A stretch of DNA of 64,000 nt from Alphaproteobacteria bacterium (GTDB lineage: Bacteria > Pseudomonadota > Alphaproteobacteria > GM7ARS4 > G965262615), in the NCBI GenBank assembly GCA_965262615.1, contig OZ253545.1, positions 224,001 through 288,000 on the forward strand, read 5' to 3'. Under the pieces are notes generated by a model that saw only the letters and a program-made list of their open reading frames with translations, did not search any database and had not been told where the DNA came from. Shown here in pieces: positions 10,760 through 21,059 of this stretch. A program made the translations under genes and the position numbers. Position 1 is the stretch's first letter; every line of letters starts with the position of its first letter.

Positions 10760-12264
10760 GTTATGTGATAATTTGGTGCTTGGCGTGTGATGCGGACGCC
10801 ATGCACATGTCCTTCCACCATTCCTGCGTGTGTGACTCGGCAGAATTTTGCTTTTTTTCGCATGTCTGTGATGTCGTTTGCGCCGATGTATCCCATGGCG
10901 GAGCGCAATCCACCCACCAGTTGATAGAGTATGTTTGCGAGTGCTCCTTTGTATGGCACTTGTCCTTCCACGCCTTCGGGGACGAATTTGGCGGTGGGAT
11001 GTTCTTTCGCCTGTCCTCTGCCTTGATTTTGAAAATAGCGACTGGCAGAGCCCTCCGCCATGGCGGACACCGACCCCATGCCGCGATAGACCTTGCACGG
11101 TCTGCCCTCGTAATGAAAAGTCTCGCCTGGGCTTTCGTCCGTTCCCGCGAGCAATGACCCCATCATGACACAGTGTGCGCCCACGGCGATGGCTTTGGCG
11201 ATGTCGCCGGAATGACAAATGCCGCCATCGGCAATCAGCGGCACGCCCGCCTGATGACACACCGCGGCGGCGGCTTTGATCGCGCTCCATTGAGGCACGC
11301 CCACGCCCGCCACCACGCGAGTGGTGCAGATGGAGCCTGGTCCGATTCCCACCTTGATGGCATCTGCGCCGCAATCAATGAGGGCAGCCGCGCCGTCTGT
11401 GGTTGCCACATTGCCGCCGATGATGTCGCAGGTTGTGCCGAATTCTTTTGTGAGCGCGGTGATGCTGTCCAGCACCCCTTGGCTGTGTCCGTGAGCGGAA
11501 TCCACCACGAGGGCATCCGCTCCCTCAGCCACCAGCAATTCGGCGCGCTGCAGCATGGAGCTCTCTACCGCAAGGGCGGCGGCGACGCGCAATCTGCCTT
11601 GCTGTCTTTGTTGGCAAGAGGATGGCGTTCGGCTTTTTCAATGTCTTTGACGGTCATCAGCCCCACCAATGTGCCTTGTGTGTTGATGATGAGCAGTTTT
11701 TCAATGCGGTTTTTATGAAGAACTTCGCGCGCCTCATTCCAGCTGATGCCCTCAGAAGCTGTGATGAGTTTTTGAGTCATAATGCTCGCGAAACCGGCTT
11801 GATTGAGTTGAGTGGCAAAACGCAAGGTCACGATTGGTGACAATACCCTGTAGCTGATGGTTGTCATCCACCACAGGAATCCCCGAAATTTTGTGGTGTT
11901 GGGTGAGGCGGCGGGCAGCTTCTATGGTCTGGTCTTGCGTGATGGTGATGGGATCCCGCACCATGCCAGCTTCGTATTTTTTGACGGAACGGACTTGTGT
12001 CGCTTGTTTCTCAGGGGTCAAATTTTTGTGAATCACCCCAATGCCCCCCGCCTCCGCCATGCCAATGGCAAGACGCGCCTCAGTGACAGTATCCATCGCC
12101 GCCGATGCCAACGGCACATTCAGAGCAATGCGGCGAGAAAACCGACTGCGAATATCAGTATCCTTCGGCAGAATTGTGGAATGGCTCGGCAGCAACAGCA
12201 CATCATCAAAAGTGAGCGCAAGAGGCGGTTCAGGTGGAAAAGATGATGCTATGGTACGCGCCAT
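10756..12264 (-). CDS. guaB: IMP dehydrogenase (two apparent frameshifts near 11825 and 11597)
   Basis: [19 protein letters not shown] pair, [24 protein letters not shown] spread over three consecutive ORFs. Confidence 0.93.
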
Positions 12265-12306
12265 GAACCATTATAAACAAAGAAAGATGATTTTCAAGCT
12301 GCCCCA

Positions 12307-13293
12307 TCAAATCTCAAATTCGTAGAATTTCCGTCCACTTTTATCTTCCCATTCGCTGATTGACATTTTTTGGTATTCGTGCCTGATGCCATCAGGCAAT
12401 AAAGGCTTTTTCTCATAAACAGCACAGTCCGTAATGAAAACGCAAACATTAATTTGTTCTTGGGTTAAATTTTTTACACCGCTGAAATCAACATCGTTGA
12501 TGATAACTAATTTCAAAATAGCACCCTTTAAATCAACACCTTTCAAGCGAGCTTTCCATAAATCAGCTCCTTCTAAATGAGCCCTCATCAAATCAGCTCC
12601 TTCTAAATGGGCATGAGACAAATAAGCTCCCTCTAAATAAGCACCAAACAAAAGAGCCTTTTCTAAATGAGCACCACACAAATTAAGCCTATACGGCACT
12701 GCATCTGTGATTCTTTCTTCGCGCATATGCCGCAAAATCGTGTAGATGTCTGATCGGTTTCCTGCTTTTTTATCCTCTTCTTTTGTTCCTCCTCCCCATT
12801 CATAAGAGACTGGATACTTAATGAATTGAGTAAAAGCATCCATCACATGGTGATACTCCTCTTTGGGGTGAGTGTTAGCCAAAAGCCACAAAGCTTCAAT
12901 CCCCGCTATGCGTAAACCTAAATGATTTGACCATAGCCAGTCATTGGCAGTATTGTATTGATTGATGCGCGTTTGTTGTTGACCAATCTCTACCTGTCGT
13001 TGGCTTTTTTCTGCCTGCTCTTGCATGACCGACAAACGCTTGATGATAACGGGGAAACCTAATAATACACCAAACAAAATGCCTTGTGTTTCAACAAGAG
13101 AAGGAGCGTTTGTATAACTTGGCAATATGACTAAAAACAAAATGACGGTAGGAATGGAAATATAAAAGAAGGCATTAAAATCAAAATTGCGGGCTAGCCA
13201 ACCCTGTTTCATAATCTCTTGCACAATGCGAACGAAAAAAACGACTAAAATGCCGACAGAGACCAACTCCATAAATGTGCCGAAAACATCCAT
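12307..13293 (-). CDS. Membrane-anchored pentapeptide-repeat protein paralog 2
   Basis: TM helices, LLGFPVIIKR, WSNHLGLRIAGIEALW, PKEEYHHVMDAF, AHLEGADL repeats; start ATG 13293 or TTG 13311. Confidence 0.85.
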   Translation of the reverse strand: MDVFGTFMELVSVGILVVFFVRIVQEIMKQGWLARNFDFNAFFYISIPTVILFLVILPSYTNAPSLVETQGILFGVLLGFPVIIKRLSVMQEQAEKSQRQVEIGQQQTRINQYNTANDWLWSNHLGLRIAGIEALWLLANTHPKEEYHHVMDAFTQFIKYPVSYEWGGGTKEEDKKAGNRSDIYTILRHMREERITDAVPYRLNLCGAHLEKALLFGAYLEGAYLSHAHLEGADLMRAHLEGADLWKARLKGVDLKGAILKLVIINDVDFSGVKNLTQEQINVCVFITDCAVYEKKPLLPDGIRHEYQKMSISEWEDKSGRKFYEFEI

Positions 13294-13412
13294 GCCGCCA
13301 TTGTCACTCAAAAGGATGGAGGTTTCAAGGCATCAGGGTGTGGTGGCATTGGGGGTAATTTCGCGCCACCACGAAGGTGGCTTGTGTCACCGCCCCGCAT
13401 CATGGCTCAAAA

Positions 13413-14570
13413 CTAGAATTTCCTTTCACTTTTTCCTTCCCACCTTATGATTGATAATTTACTATAATCACGCCTTATACCGTCAGGTAATTTGGGTCTT
13501 TCCTCAAATTCTTTGTGTTCTCTGATGAAGACACACTCATTAAATTGTTCTTGTTCTAAACCATTTGCACCTGTGAAATCAACTTCGTTGATAATAGTTA
13601 ATCTCAAATCAGCTCCCTCTAAATGAGCATCACGCAAATCAGCTCCCTCTAAATGAACATCACGCAAATCAGCTCCCTCTAAATGAGCACCGCGCAAATC
13701 AGCTCCCTTCAAATGAGCACCATTCAAATCAGCTCCCTTCAAATGAGCACCATTCAAATCAACTTCATCTAAATAAGCTCCATCTAAATGAGCATCAAGA
13801 AAATTAGCTTTCTCTAAATGAGCTCCATCTAAATGAGCTCTCTTTAAATGAGCGTTAGCCAAATTAGCTCCCCCTAAATGAGCGTTAGCCAAATTAGCTC
13901 CCTCTAAATGAGCGTTAGCCAAATTAGCTCCCTCTAAATGAACCTCACGCAAATCAACTCCCTCTAAATGAGCATAACTCAAATCAATCTGATACGGTGC
14001 TACCCCTGCCATTCCTTCTTCACCCATATGCTTCAAAATTGCACTGATGTCTGTTCGTTCTCCTGCTTTTTGAGCCTCTTTTTTTGTTGCCTTTTTCCAG
14101 TCATAAGGGACTGGATGCTTAACGAATTGAGAGAAAGCGTCCATCACATGGTGATATTCTTCTTTGGGGTATGTTTGAGCCACGCGCCACAAAGCGTCAA
14201 TCCCCGCCATGCGTGAGCCTAAACGCTCTGACCACAAAAATTCATTGGCGGCGTTGTATTGAAGGGTGCGCGATTGCAAGCGTGTCTCACTCACACGCCT
14301 GATGAGAATAGGAAAACCCAATAATGCGCCAATCAAGAGGGTGTTTTTTTTGATAATGTCATAAACAGTTTCATCGCTAACAGTTTCATCGCTTGATCCG
14401 ACAAAAAACAAAATGAGGGCAGGGATGGAAACATAAAAGAGGGCAGTAAAATCAAAATTACAACCCAGCCATGAGCTCCCCCAGCTGTTTTTTATGTATT
14501 TTATGAGTTGCAACACAAGCCAGCACAAAAAGCCTAAAGCCGCGATAAGGAGTACATATTTCATATCCAT
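13413..14570 (-). CDS. Membrane-anchored pentapeptide-repeat protein paralog 3
   Basis: Same conserved blocks; longest AHLEGA(D/N)L tract (30-bp units ~13605-13990); ATG 14570. Confidence 0.88.
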   Translation of the reverse strand: MDMKYVLLIAALGFLCWLVLQLIKYIKNSWGSSWLGCNFDFTALFYVSIPALILFFVGSSDETVSDETVYDIIKKNTLLIGALLGFPILIRRVSETRLQSRTLQYNAANEFLWSERLGSRMAGIDALWRVAQTYPKEEYHHVMDAFSQFVKHPVPYDWKKATKKEAQKAGERTDISAILKHMGEEGMAGVAPYQIDLSYAHLEGVDLREVHLEGANLANAHLEGANLANAHLGGANLANAHLKRAHLDGAHLEKANFLDAHLDGAYLDEVDLNGAHLKGADLNGAHLKGADLRGAHLEGADLRDVHLEGADLRDAHLEGADLRLTIINEVDFTGANGLEQEQFNECVFIREHKEFEERPKLPDGIRRDYSKLSIIRWEGKSERKF

Positions 14571-14723
14571 GTCACACCCGCCGTGCCGCAATGCCCTGTT
14601 TGGCAAGATATTCCTTTGTCTCGAACATTGACAGCTCGTCAACAAAAATTCCATTTGTTTTTTTCATATCAAAGCTCCCACCAAGTAACTTGTTCATGCG
14701 ATAGTTTTACCATAAAAACAGCC

Positions 14724-15218
14724 TCACGGCAATACTTTCCACCAATCAGGCTTTGGTCTTCGCCAATTCCAATGGGCGATGTGTTGTTTGTGGGTGATGT
14801 AATACTGTCGGTAGCTGGCGACGGCATCATGAGGCACGATGCAATTTTCGGGCATGGCGAGAGCAAAGGGAGTCAATCCGCCGTGGGGGATGGAGCGAGG
14901 GGGCGATGCCAGCGCGTCCGCCAACTTTTTGTGGGTGGCATGAGGCTTGCCGCGCCGATACACAAACTCATCCGCCAGCGCACAAAATAAGCGATAGGTG
15001 TAGTCGTAATTGCTTGCGCTGGCGCGCACCCACACGGCACACGGATGATTGGCATGAGTCGCCTTATAGATAATGGAATCGTGTGGGGGCGTGTCATCCA
15101 ACAGGCGATGGGCGGTGGAGAGCAGTTGTCCGCTTTCCAAAATCATCTTGCCCACATGAGCATCACAGTGAGCGCGAGCGTTGGCTTTGATGTCGGAGTC
15201 TAGGATGAAGATGTTCAT
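14724..15218 (-). CDS. Pyrimidine dimer DNA glycosylase / endonuclease V (T4 DenV-like family)
   Basis: MNIFILD...[17 protein letters not shown]...[13 protein letters not shown]...YRQYY...WW pattern; overlaps hisF stop. Confidence 0.82.
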   Translation of the reverse strand: MNIFILDSDIKANARAHCDAHVGKMILESGQLLSTAHRLLDDTPPHDSIIYKATHANHPCAVWVRASASNYDYTYRLFCALADEFVYRRGKPHATHKKLADALASPPRSIPHGGLTPFALAMPENCIVPHDAVASYRQYYITHKQHIAHWNWRRPKPDWWKVLP

Positions 15219-15970
15219 GAGAGCCGCACGGGAACACCATTCTTTGCAAGGTATTGTTTGGTCTCGGCAATTGACAATTCACCGAAATGAAACAATGAAG
15301 CCGCGAGGGCGGCATCGGCAACTTTTAGGACATCACGAAAATGGCTGAGTTTGCCGGCTCCGCCCGAGGCAATGACGGGAACGCTCACCGCATCCGCCAC
15401 TTGTTTTGTCAATTCACATGCAAAGCCACCTCTCGTGCCATCGTGATCCATAGAGGTGAGCAAAATCTCGCCCGCGCCGTGTGCCACTGCTGCCTTGCAC
15501 CATTCCACCGCGTGCCACCTCGTCTCGCGCCGTCCGCCATGAGTCCAGACTCGCCACTCGCCAACATCATTCCGTTTGGCATCCACCGCCACCACGATGC
15601 ACTGCGCGCCGAACCTCTCGGATGCCTCCCCAATCAACGCAGGATTCGCCACCGCCGCCGAGTTCATCGCCACCTTGTCCGCTCCCGCCAGCAACAACGC
15701 CCGCACATCGCTCACCTGCGACACCCCGCCCCCCACAGTCAAAGGCATGAAACAACACGCCGCCACCCGCGACACCACATCCCGCATGGTGGCGCGCCCC
15801 TCATGAGACGCGCTGATGTCCAGAAAAACCAACTCATCCGCACCCGCCTCGTCATAGGCGCGCGCCTGTGCCACCGGGTCGCCAGCATCACGCAAAGACA
15901 CAAACCGAACGCCCTTGACAACGCGTCCATCATCAACATCCAAACACGGAATAATTCGTTTCTTTAGCAT
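15215..15970 (-). CDS. hisF: Imidazole glycerol phosphate synthase cyclase subunit
   Basis: [44 protein letters not shown]. Confidence 0.97.
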   Translation of the reverse strand: MLKKRIIPCLDVDDGRVVKGVRFVSLRDAGDPVAQARAYDEAGADELVFLDISASHEGRATMRDVVSRVAACCFMPLTVGGGVSQVSDVRALLLAGADKVAMNSAAVANPALIGEASERFGAQCIVVAVDAKRNDVGEWRVWTHGGRRETRWHAVEWCKAAVAHGAGEILLTSMDHDGTRGGFACELTKQVADAVSVPVIASGGAGKLSHFRDVLKVADAALAASLFHFGELSIAETKQYLAKNGVPVRLS

Positions 15971-16009
15971 AAATCATTGTAACTCTATCAAAACGCCATG
16001 CAAGAGTTC

Positions 16010-16038
16010 TTGTTGTGAGGTGGATTTTTTGCTATAGT
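16010..16038 (+). promoter_or_regulatory. Putative sigma70 promoter
   Basis: TTGTTG-17 bp-TATAGT directly upstream of a structured RNA and a lipoprotein gene. Confidence 0.55.
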
Positions 16039-16040
16039 GC

Positions 16041-16174
16041 GCGCCGTCTAACTTTTATCGCCCCTTGTTGGGTGTCCCACCCAATACAAGAGCGCGCAAG
16101 CGTAAATAAGTGGGGACATCCATCTGCTGGATAGGCGATAGAGGTTAGACAACGCCCGGCACCGCGTTCGGTGC
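16041..16174 (+). ncRNA. Unassigned structured RNA / 5' leader
   Basis: 17-bp stem 16046-16062/16134-16150 (2 G:U), inner stems, 3' hairpin GCACCG-CGTT-CGGTGC. Confidence 0.45.
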
Positions 16175-16202
16175 TCAACAACGGACTCCAGCAGAGGTCA
16201 AA

Positions 16203-16580
16203 ATGAAAAAAGCTATTTGTGTTTTGTGTGTCTTGCTCATGGCGGGATGCTCGTCTATTTCGGCGTTTCAAGGAACGCCCGACATTGCATCCTTGCGTGT
16301 GGGGATGCTCAAAGGTCAGGTGGAAGACATTGTGGATAATGTCTCAACCATCAAACCCCTCGCCAATGGACAGCGAGAGGTCACCTATTCTTATACTGAA
16401 AAAGATTCCAGTATCTTTCGCGGCGTGGGGTATTTTCTCGGCGACTTGCTCTCTTTTTTCTTGCTTGAGCCACTTTTTTGGCTACTGGAGCTGGAGCGAG
16501 GAAGCAAAAACTATGCCACAATTGTCTATGACCGCAATGGACGAGTCGTCTCCTTCACCACCAGCCCCATCGCAAAATGA
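16203..16580 (+). CDS. Lipoprotein, BamE/SmpA-like domain
   Basis: Lipobox LMAGC, SLRVGMLKGQVEDIV, terminal IVYDRNGRV; GAGG RBS. Confidence 0.7.
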   Translation: MKKAICVLCVLLMAGCSSISAFQGTPDIASLRVGMLKGQVEDIVDNVSTIKPLANGQREVTYSYTEKDSSIFRGVGYFLGDLLSFFLLEPLFWLLELERGSKNYATIVYDRNGRVVSFTTSPIAK

Positions 16581-16617
16581 TAAAGAGGTGTGGCAAACGG
16601 GGGGGAGGGCGAATGGC

Positions 16618-17841
16618 TTATGATAGCATTTCGTCTCTCTCTCTTTCCCATTCTTTGAATGTTAATTTCCTGTAAGTGTGTTTTATACCTTCGGGCAACT
16701 GGGGTTTATCCTTAAAGTAATCATTGTCTGTGATGAAGACACAAGCATCAATTTGTTCTTGTGTTAAATTGTCTGCATTTGTGAAATTAGCGTTATTGAT
16801 AAGAGCTAATGTCAAATCAGTCTTTGTCAAATTAGCTCCCTCTAAATGAGTTTTCCGCAAACGAGCTCCCTCTAAATGGGTGTTGTGCAAACGAGCTCCC
16901 TCTAAATTAGCACCCCACAAATCGGCTCCCTCTAAATGAACGCCAAACAAACTAGCTCCCTCTAAATGAGCATAAAACAAATCAGCCCTCTCTAAATGAA
17001 CCCAATACAAACGAGCTCCCTCTAAATGAGCTTCACGCAAATCAATCTGATAGGACTTTGCCCCTGCCATACTTTTTTCACCCATATGCTCCAAAACCGC
17101 ATTGATGTCTGTTCGTTCTCCTGCTTTTTTATCCTTTTCTTTTGTGCCTTCTTCCCATTCATAAGAAGCTGGATGCTTAATGAATTGGGTGAAAGTGTCC
17201 ATGACCTTGTGATATTGCTCTTTGGGGTGTTCTTGAGCAAAATTCCACAAAGACTCAATCGCTGTCATACGCGTGCCTAAATCCGATGACCACAATTTTC
17301 CGTAAGCATCAGCAAACTGACTAAAGTACAATTGCTCTCGGCTGATGCGCGTTTGTTCCCGCATTTCCGCCATCCGCTTGATGAGAATGGGAAAGCCCAA
17401 TAATGCACCAATCAAAAGGGTGTGCTTTTCAATAAATTTGCTCACTGGATTATCCCATAAAGACAAGAAAGAAAATCCAATGAGCAAAGGAACAGAAACA
17501 CGAAAAAGGGCAAAAAAATCAAAATTGCGACCCCACCAATCGTTTTTATGTTTTTCTTCTTTTGTGAGGGCATACTTTATGTATTGTTTTCTTTTGTCAT
17601 TAAGAAATCTCGCTGCACCCAAAAACAAATCTTTGCATTTTTTCACAAAAGAGCCAATCGTCCGTTTTGCAAAGTCAAATATCTGTTTTGCAACATGATA
17701 GAAAAAGGCAATTAAAATGCCGATAAAGAAACGAAGAGCCATCGCAATGCCATACAATACGGCAAGAGCCGTGCAGATGATAATCAAAAGACCACTCACC
17801 AACGACAAAAAAACGATAACATCATTAAATGACGGCATCAT
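16618..17841 (-). CDS. Membrane-anchored pentapeptide-repeat protein paralog 4
   Basis: RNFDFFALF, LLIGALLGFPILIKR, LWSSDLGTRMTAIESLW, xHLEGAxLxx decamers; start overlaps hisA 3' end. Confidence 0.88.
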   Translation of the reverse strand: MMPSFNDVIVFLSLVSGLLIIICTALAVLYGIAMALRFFIGILIAFFYHVAKQIFDFAKRTIGSFVKKCKDLFLGAARFLNDKRKQYIKYALTKEEKHKNDWWGRNFDFFALFRVSVPLLIGFSFLSLWDNPVSKFIEKHTLLIGALLGFPILIKRMAEMREQTRISREQLYFSQFADAYGKLWSSDLGTRMTAIESLWNFAQEHPKEQYHKVMDTFTQFIKHPASYEWEEGTKEKDKKAGERTDINAVLEHMGEKSMAGAKSYQIDLREAHLEGARLYWVHLERADLFYAHLEGASLFGVHLEGADLWGANLEGARLHNTHLEGARLRKTHLEGANLTKTDLTLALINNANFTNADNLTQEQIDACVFITDNDYFKDKPQLPEGIKHTYRKLTFKEWERERDEMLS

Positions 17842-18571
17842 TCCCTCGCATCAGACGAAGTGCCGCCGAAACATCAAAATTGCCTTCATAATAGGCTCGC
17901 CCTACAATCAAGCCCGCGAGTAATGGCTCATCAGCCGACAACACCTTATTGACATCATCTAATGATGCAACGCCGCCGGAGACAATCACCTGAATGCCTG
18001 AGGCTCGTGCCAGCGACACTGAAGAGGACAAATTAATTCCTGTTTCCATGCCGTCGCGGTTAATATCGGTGTGAATGAAACACGCGGGCGGATGAGCTGT
18101 GTAGCGAGAGGCAATGTCCTCAATGGGCGTTTGCGTTTGCTTTTGCCAGCCGTGTGTTGCCACCTTGCCATCACGGGAGTCTAAGCCAATGGCGATTTGT
18201 TTTCCATAGGTTTTCAGCAATTGGCGCGTCAGTGCCTCGTCTTGCACCGCCACCGTTCCCAGCACCACGCGTGACACCCCTAATTTGAGCCAATACTCAA
18301 CATCAGCCTCACTTCGAACACCACCCCCCAGCTGAACATTGATATCAATCTCTTCCACAATCTCACCAATCACATCGCCATTCACTCGTTGCCCTTGTGC
18401 CGCGCCGTCCAAATCCACCACATGAAGCCACGAGCATCCCAAAGACGCGAACACGCGCGCCTGCTCAACGGGGGACTCATGATAGCGAGTCTCGCGATCA
18501 AACGCCCCGCGCGTCAGCCGCACCACGCGACCGAATTTGATGTCTATAGCTGGATACAAATTAATTGTCAT
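17825..18571 (-). CDS. hisA: ProFAR isomerase HisA
   Basis: MTINLYPAIDIK, LHVVDLDGA, QLGGGVR, TDINRDG, SGGVASL; true start ATG 18571. Confidence 0.95.
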   Translation of the reverse strand: MTINLYPAIDIKFGRVVRLTRGAFDRETRYHESPVEQARVFASLGCSWLHVVDLDGAAQGQRVNGDVIGEIVEEIDINVQLGGGVRSEADVEYWLKLGVSRVVLGTVAVQDEALTRQLLKTYGKQIAIGLDSRDGKVATHGWQKQTQTPIEDIASRYTAHPPACFIHTDINRDGMETGINLSSSVSLARASGIQVIVSGGVASLDDVNKVLSADEPLLAGLIVGRAYYEGNFDVSAALRLMRGNDAVI

Positions 18572-18575
18572 GGCA

Positions 18576-20363
18576 TCATTCGGCGAATATCTTTTTGTTG
18601 TATTCATCAAGAATTGCGCGCATTTGATTCGTTCCGCGTGCCTCCTCGGTGATTCGGCTGACCATGCGGCGGGCATCGTGGGTGTCAATGCGGCGAATGC
18701 AATCCTTGACTCGCGGCACGGCGAGCGGCGACATGGACAACTCATGAATGCCCAAACCCACGAGCAACGCACTGTAGTCTGGATTGCCCGCCATCTCGCC
18801 ACACACCGCCACCGATAAACCATGATTCCAACCGGCATCCCCCGCTTTGCGAATCATCTGCAACAGGGCAGGGTGCAACGGATTATACAAAGATGCCACC
18901 TCTTGGTCGCCTCGGTCAATCGCCAATGTATACATGGTCAAATCGTTCGTGCCGATGGATAAAAAATCACAATCATTCACCAAATAATCCACCGCCATCG
19001 CCGCCGCAGGAACTTCAATCATCGCGCCCACAGGAGGCAACTTGGACGGCAGACTAACCCCACGCCGCTGCAAACGCTTTGCCGCACCGCGTAAAATCTC
19101 ACGAGCCGCATGAATCTCCTCCAGACTTGAGATCATCGGCAGCAAAATGCGCACCTCGCCCTCTAGGGAGGCGCGCAAAATCGCACAAAACTGATCCTCC
19201 AATAACTGCGGAAACTTCAAAGAAAAACGAATCGCCCGCAAGCCCAACGCAGGATTCTCCGCCTTCTTCAACTGCTTCACCAACGAATTGGATAACTTCT
19301 CACCCCCCACATCCAGCGTGCGAATGGTCACCGGCTTGCCACTCAGCTGTTTGATGATGGAAGTGAAAAAACGAGTCTGCTCCTCTTCATCGGGAATGTC
19401 CTCACGATTCATGTATAAAAACTCACTGCGTAACAACCCCACGCCCTCCGCACCATTGCTCAAAACGGCATCACACTCCTTTTCCGTCTCAATGTTGGCA
19501 AGCAAATTAATCAATGTGCCATCCTTCGTGCGCGCCAATTGATCGCGCAACAACGACAATCGCCGATTTTCCGCCAAAAACGCCTGCTGCTCTTTTGTAT
19601 AGGCACGCAATGTCGCCTTGCTGGGATTGACGATAATTCTGCCGCGCTTGCCATCCACAATCACCGTCTCGCCCGTGCGCACATGCTGCGTGATGTCCTT
19701 CGCCCCCAACACCGAAGGAATGCCCATGGCTCGGGTCACAATCGCCGTGTGACTCTCGGGACCGCCGTAATTGGTGGCAACGCCAATCACATAGTCTGGA
19801 TTGAGCGAAATGGCATCGGCGGGAGTCATTTCATCGGCAATGATGATGGCGTTTTTATCGTGCGTGACCGAAACCGACTGTGCCTGTCGTGTGAAAAAAA
19901 CCATCAGGCGTTTGCCGATTTCTCTGATATCCTCCGCACGAGCAGCCAGATGCTTATCCTTCATGGAAGCAAAGGTCGCCGCGACGGCTCGCACCTCTTC
20001 GGCAACGGCATATTCCACATTCACCAATTCCTTGCGAATGCGATTTTCCACATTGCGGGTGAAAGTCGCTCCCTCGTCCAAAATTCGCAGATGGACTTCA
20101 AAGAGCAATTCCATGTCCTCTGCCATCTCATCGGAAAACTGTGCGGCTCGCCGTTGGGATCGCCGCACCGCCGCCCGAGCCTGATTGATGGCTTCCTCAA
20201 GCCGACTGATCTCACTGCCAATGCGTGTTGCGGGAATGGTGTATTTGATAATCTCCGAACCATCACTCTCGCGCACATGAGCCTGACCAATCGCCACACC
20301 CGATGCAACCCCCAATCCCTGAAGAATACGCTCGCTTTTAGTCTGCCGCTGGTGCTCCGTCAT
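18576..20363 (-). CDS. ptsI: PTS enzyme I
   Basis: SHTAIV phospho-His, GVGLLRSEFL, IRTLDVGG, SIGTNDL, CGEMAG; no GAF domain. Confidence 0.93.
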   Translation of the reverse strand: MTEHQRQTKSERILQGLGVASGVAIGQAHVRESDGSEIIKYTIPATRIGSEISRLEEAINQARAAVRRSQRRAAQFSDEMAEDMELLFEVHLRILDEGATFTRNVENRIRKELVNVEYAVAEEVRAVAATFASMKDKHLAARAEDIREIGKRLMVFFTRQAQSVSVTHDKNAIIIADEMTPADAISLNPDYVIGVATNYGGPESHTAIVTRAMGIPSVLGAKDITQHVRTGETVIVDGKRGRIIVNPSKATLRAYTKEQQAFLAENRRLSLLRDQLARTKDGTLINLLANIETEKECDAVLSNGAEGVGLLRSEFLYMNREDIPDEEEQTRFFTSIIKQLSGKPVTIRTLDVGGEKLSNSLVKQLKKAENPALGLRAIRFSLKFPQLLEDQFCAILRASLEGEVRILLPMISSLEEIHAAREILRGAAKRLQRRGVSLPSKLPPVGAMIEVPAAAMAVDYLVNDCDFLSIGTNDLTMYTLAIDRGDQEVASLYNPLHPALLQMIRKAGDAGWNHGLSVAVCGEMAGNPDYSALLVGLGIHELSMSPLAVPRVKDCIRRIDTHDARRMVSRITEEARGTNQMRAILDEYNKKIFAE

Positions 20364-20644
20364 GATTCTTCGTCAAAACAACGCTGATTGAGGAGTTCAT
20401 CCAATGCCTTGAGTACCGCCTCAGCATCATCTCCCTGTGCGGTCACAATGATGCGCGCCCCTTGTGATGCCGCCAGCATCATCAGCCCCAAGACCGATCT
20501 GCCATCAACCTCCAGCTCCCCACAACACACGCGCACCGAAGACTCAAAAGACGCAAGAACCTGCACAAAGCGAGCCGCCGCACGAGCATGCAAACCCAAC
20601 CTATTGGGAATGATAAACTCTTTGCTGGCGGCGGCATCACTCAT
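20360..20644 (-). CDS. ptsH: Phosphocarrier HPr/NPr
   Basis: NRLGLHARAAA, GRSVLGLMML. Confidence 0.93.
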   Translation of the reverse strand: MSDAAASKEFIIPNRLGLHARAAARFVQVLASFESSVRVCCGELEVDGRSVLGLMMLAASQGARIIVTAQGDDAEAVLKALDELLNQRCFDEES

Positions 20645-20669
20645 GGTTTTCCTTATGGCAATTTTATGG

Positions 20670-21059
20670 TTAAGAGTCATTTGCGCGTTGCATATATTTT
20701 TGTCCATCACCCACGGCTCGGCGCACCGTCTCATGCAAATCACACGACTGGCGCAAGAGCATCAATTGAATGAGCAGCGGCACATTCACGCCGCCAATGA
20801 GTTCCGTCTTGGTTTCATGACACACCAATCGTGCGGCATTAAAAGGCGAATTGCCATATAATTCGGTGCAAATAATGACCCCCTGAGGCACCCGCACCGC
20901 CGCCACCGCTTTCATAATTTCATTCTTCGTCTCCTGCAGCGATGGATTGTCCGCCACACCAATGGTAATCAAATGCTCCTGCTTGCCCAGAACATGCTCC
21001 ACCGCTCGCGCCATCTCACGGGCCAGCTGACCATGAGCCACAACCACAATGCCAATCAT
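20670..21059 (-). CDS. PTS mannose-family EIIA component
   Basis: MIGIVVVAHG, GNSPFNAA, GVNVPLL; GGAGG RBS. Confidence 0.9.
   Translation of the reverse strand: MIGIVVVAHGQLAREMARAVEHVLGKQEHLITIGVADNPSLQETKNEIMKAVAAVRVPQGVIICTELYGNSPFNAARLVCHETKTELIGGVNVPLLIQLMLLRQSCDLHETVRRAVGDGQKYMQRANDS

Noticed and set aside
10334-11374. 346-aa ORF as a single gene
   Set aside because: The first ~205 aa are an alternate frame of guaB; only the part from ATG 10759 matches the pentapeptide family
13312-13412. GC-richer intergenic segment with GTGGTGGC/GCCACCAC hairpin
   Set aside because: Short stem without a U-tract; weak resemblance to a gene remnant is insufficient to call
14628-14642. TTGAC-N5-GTCAA palindrome as an FNR/FixK box
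   Set aside because: Spacing is N5, not N4, and half-sites differ from TTGAT; single instance
12307-17841. Diversity-generating retroelement acting on the pentapeptide genes
   Set aside because: No reverse transcriptase in the window and no template/variable pair with adenine-specific differences that I could see
17825-18838. 337-aa extended HisA
   Set aside because: The extension overlaps ptsI in another frame; homology starts at ATG 18571
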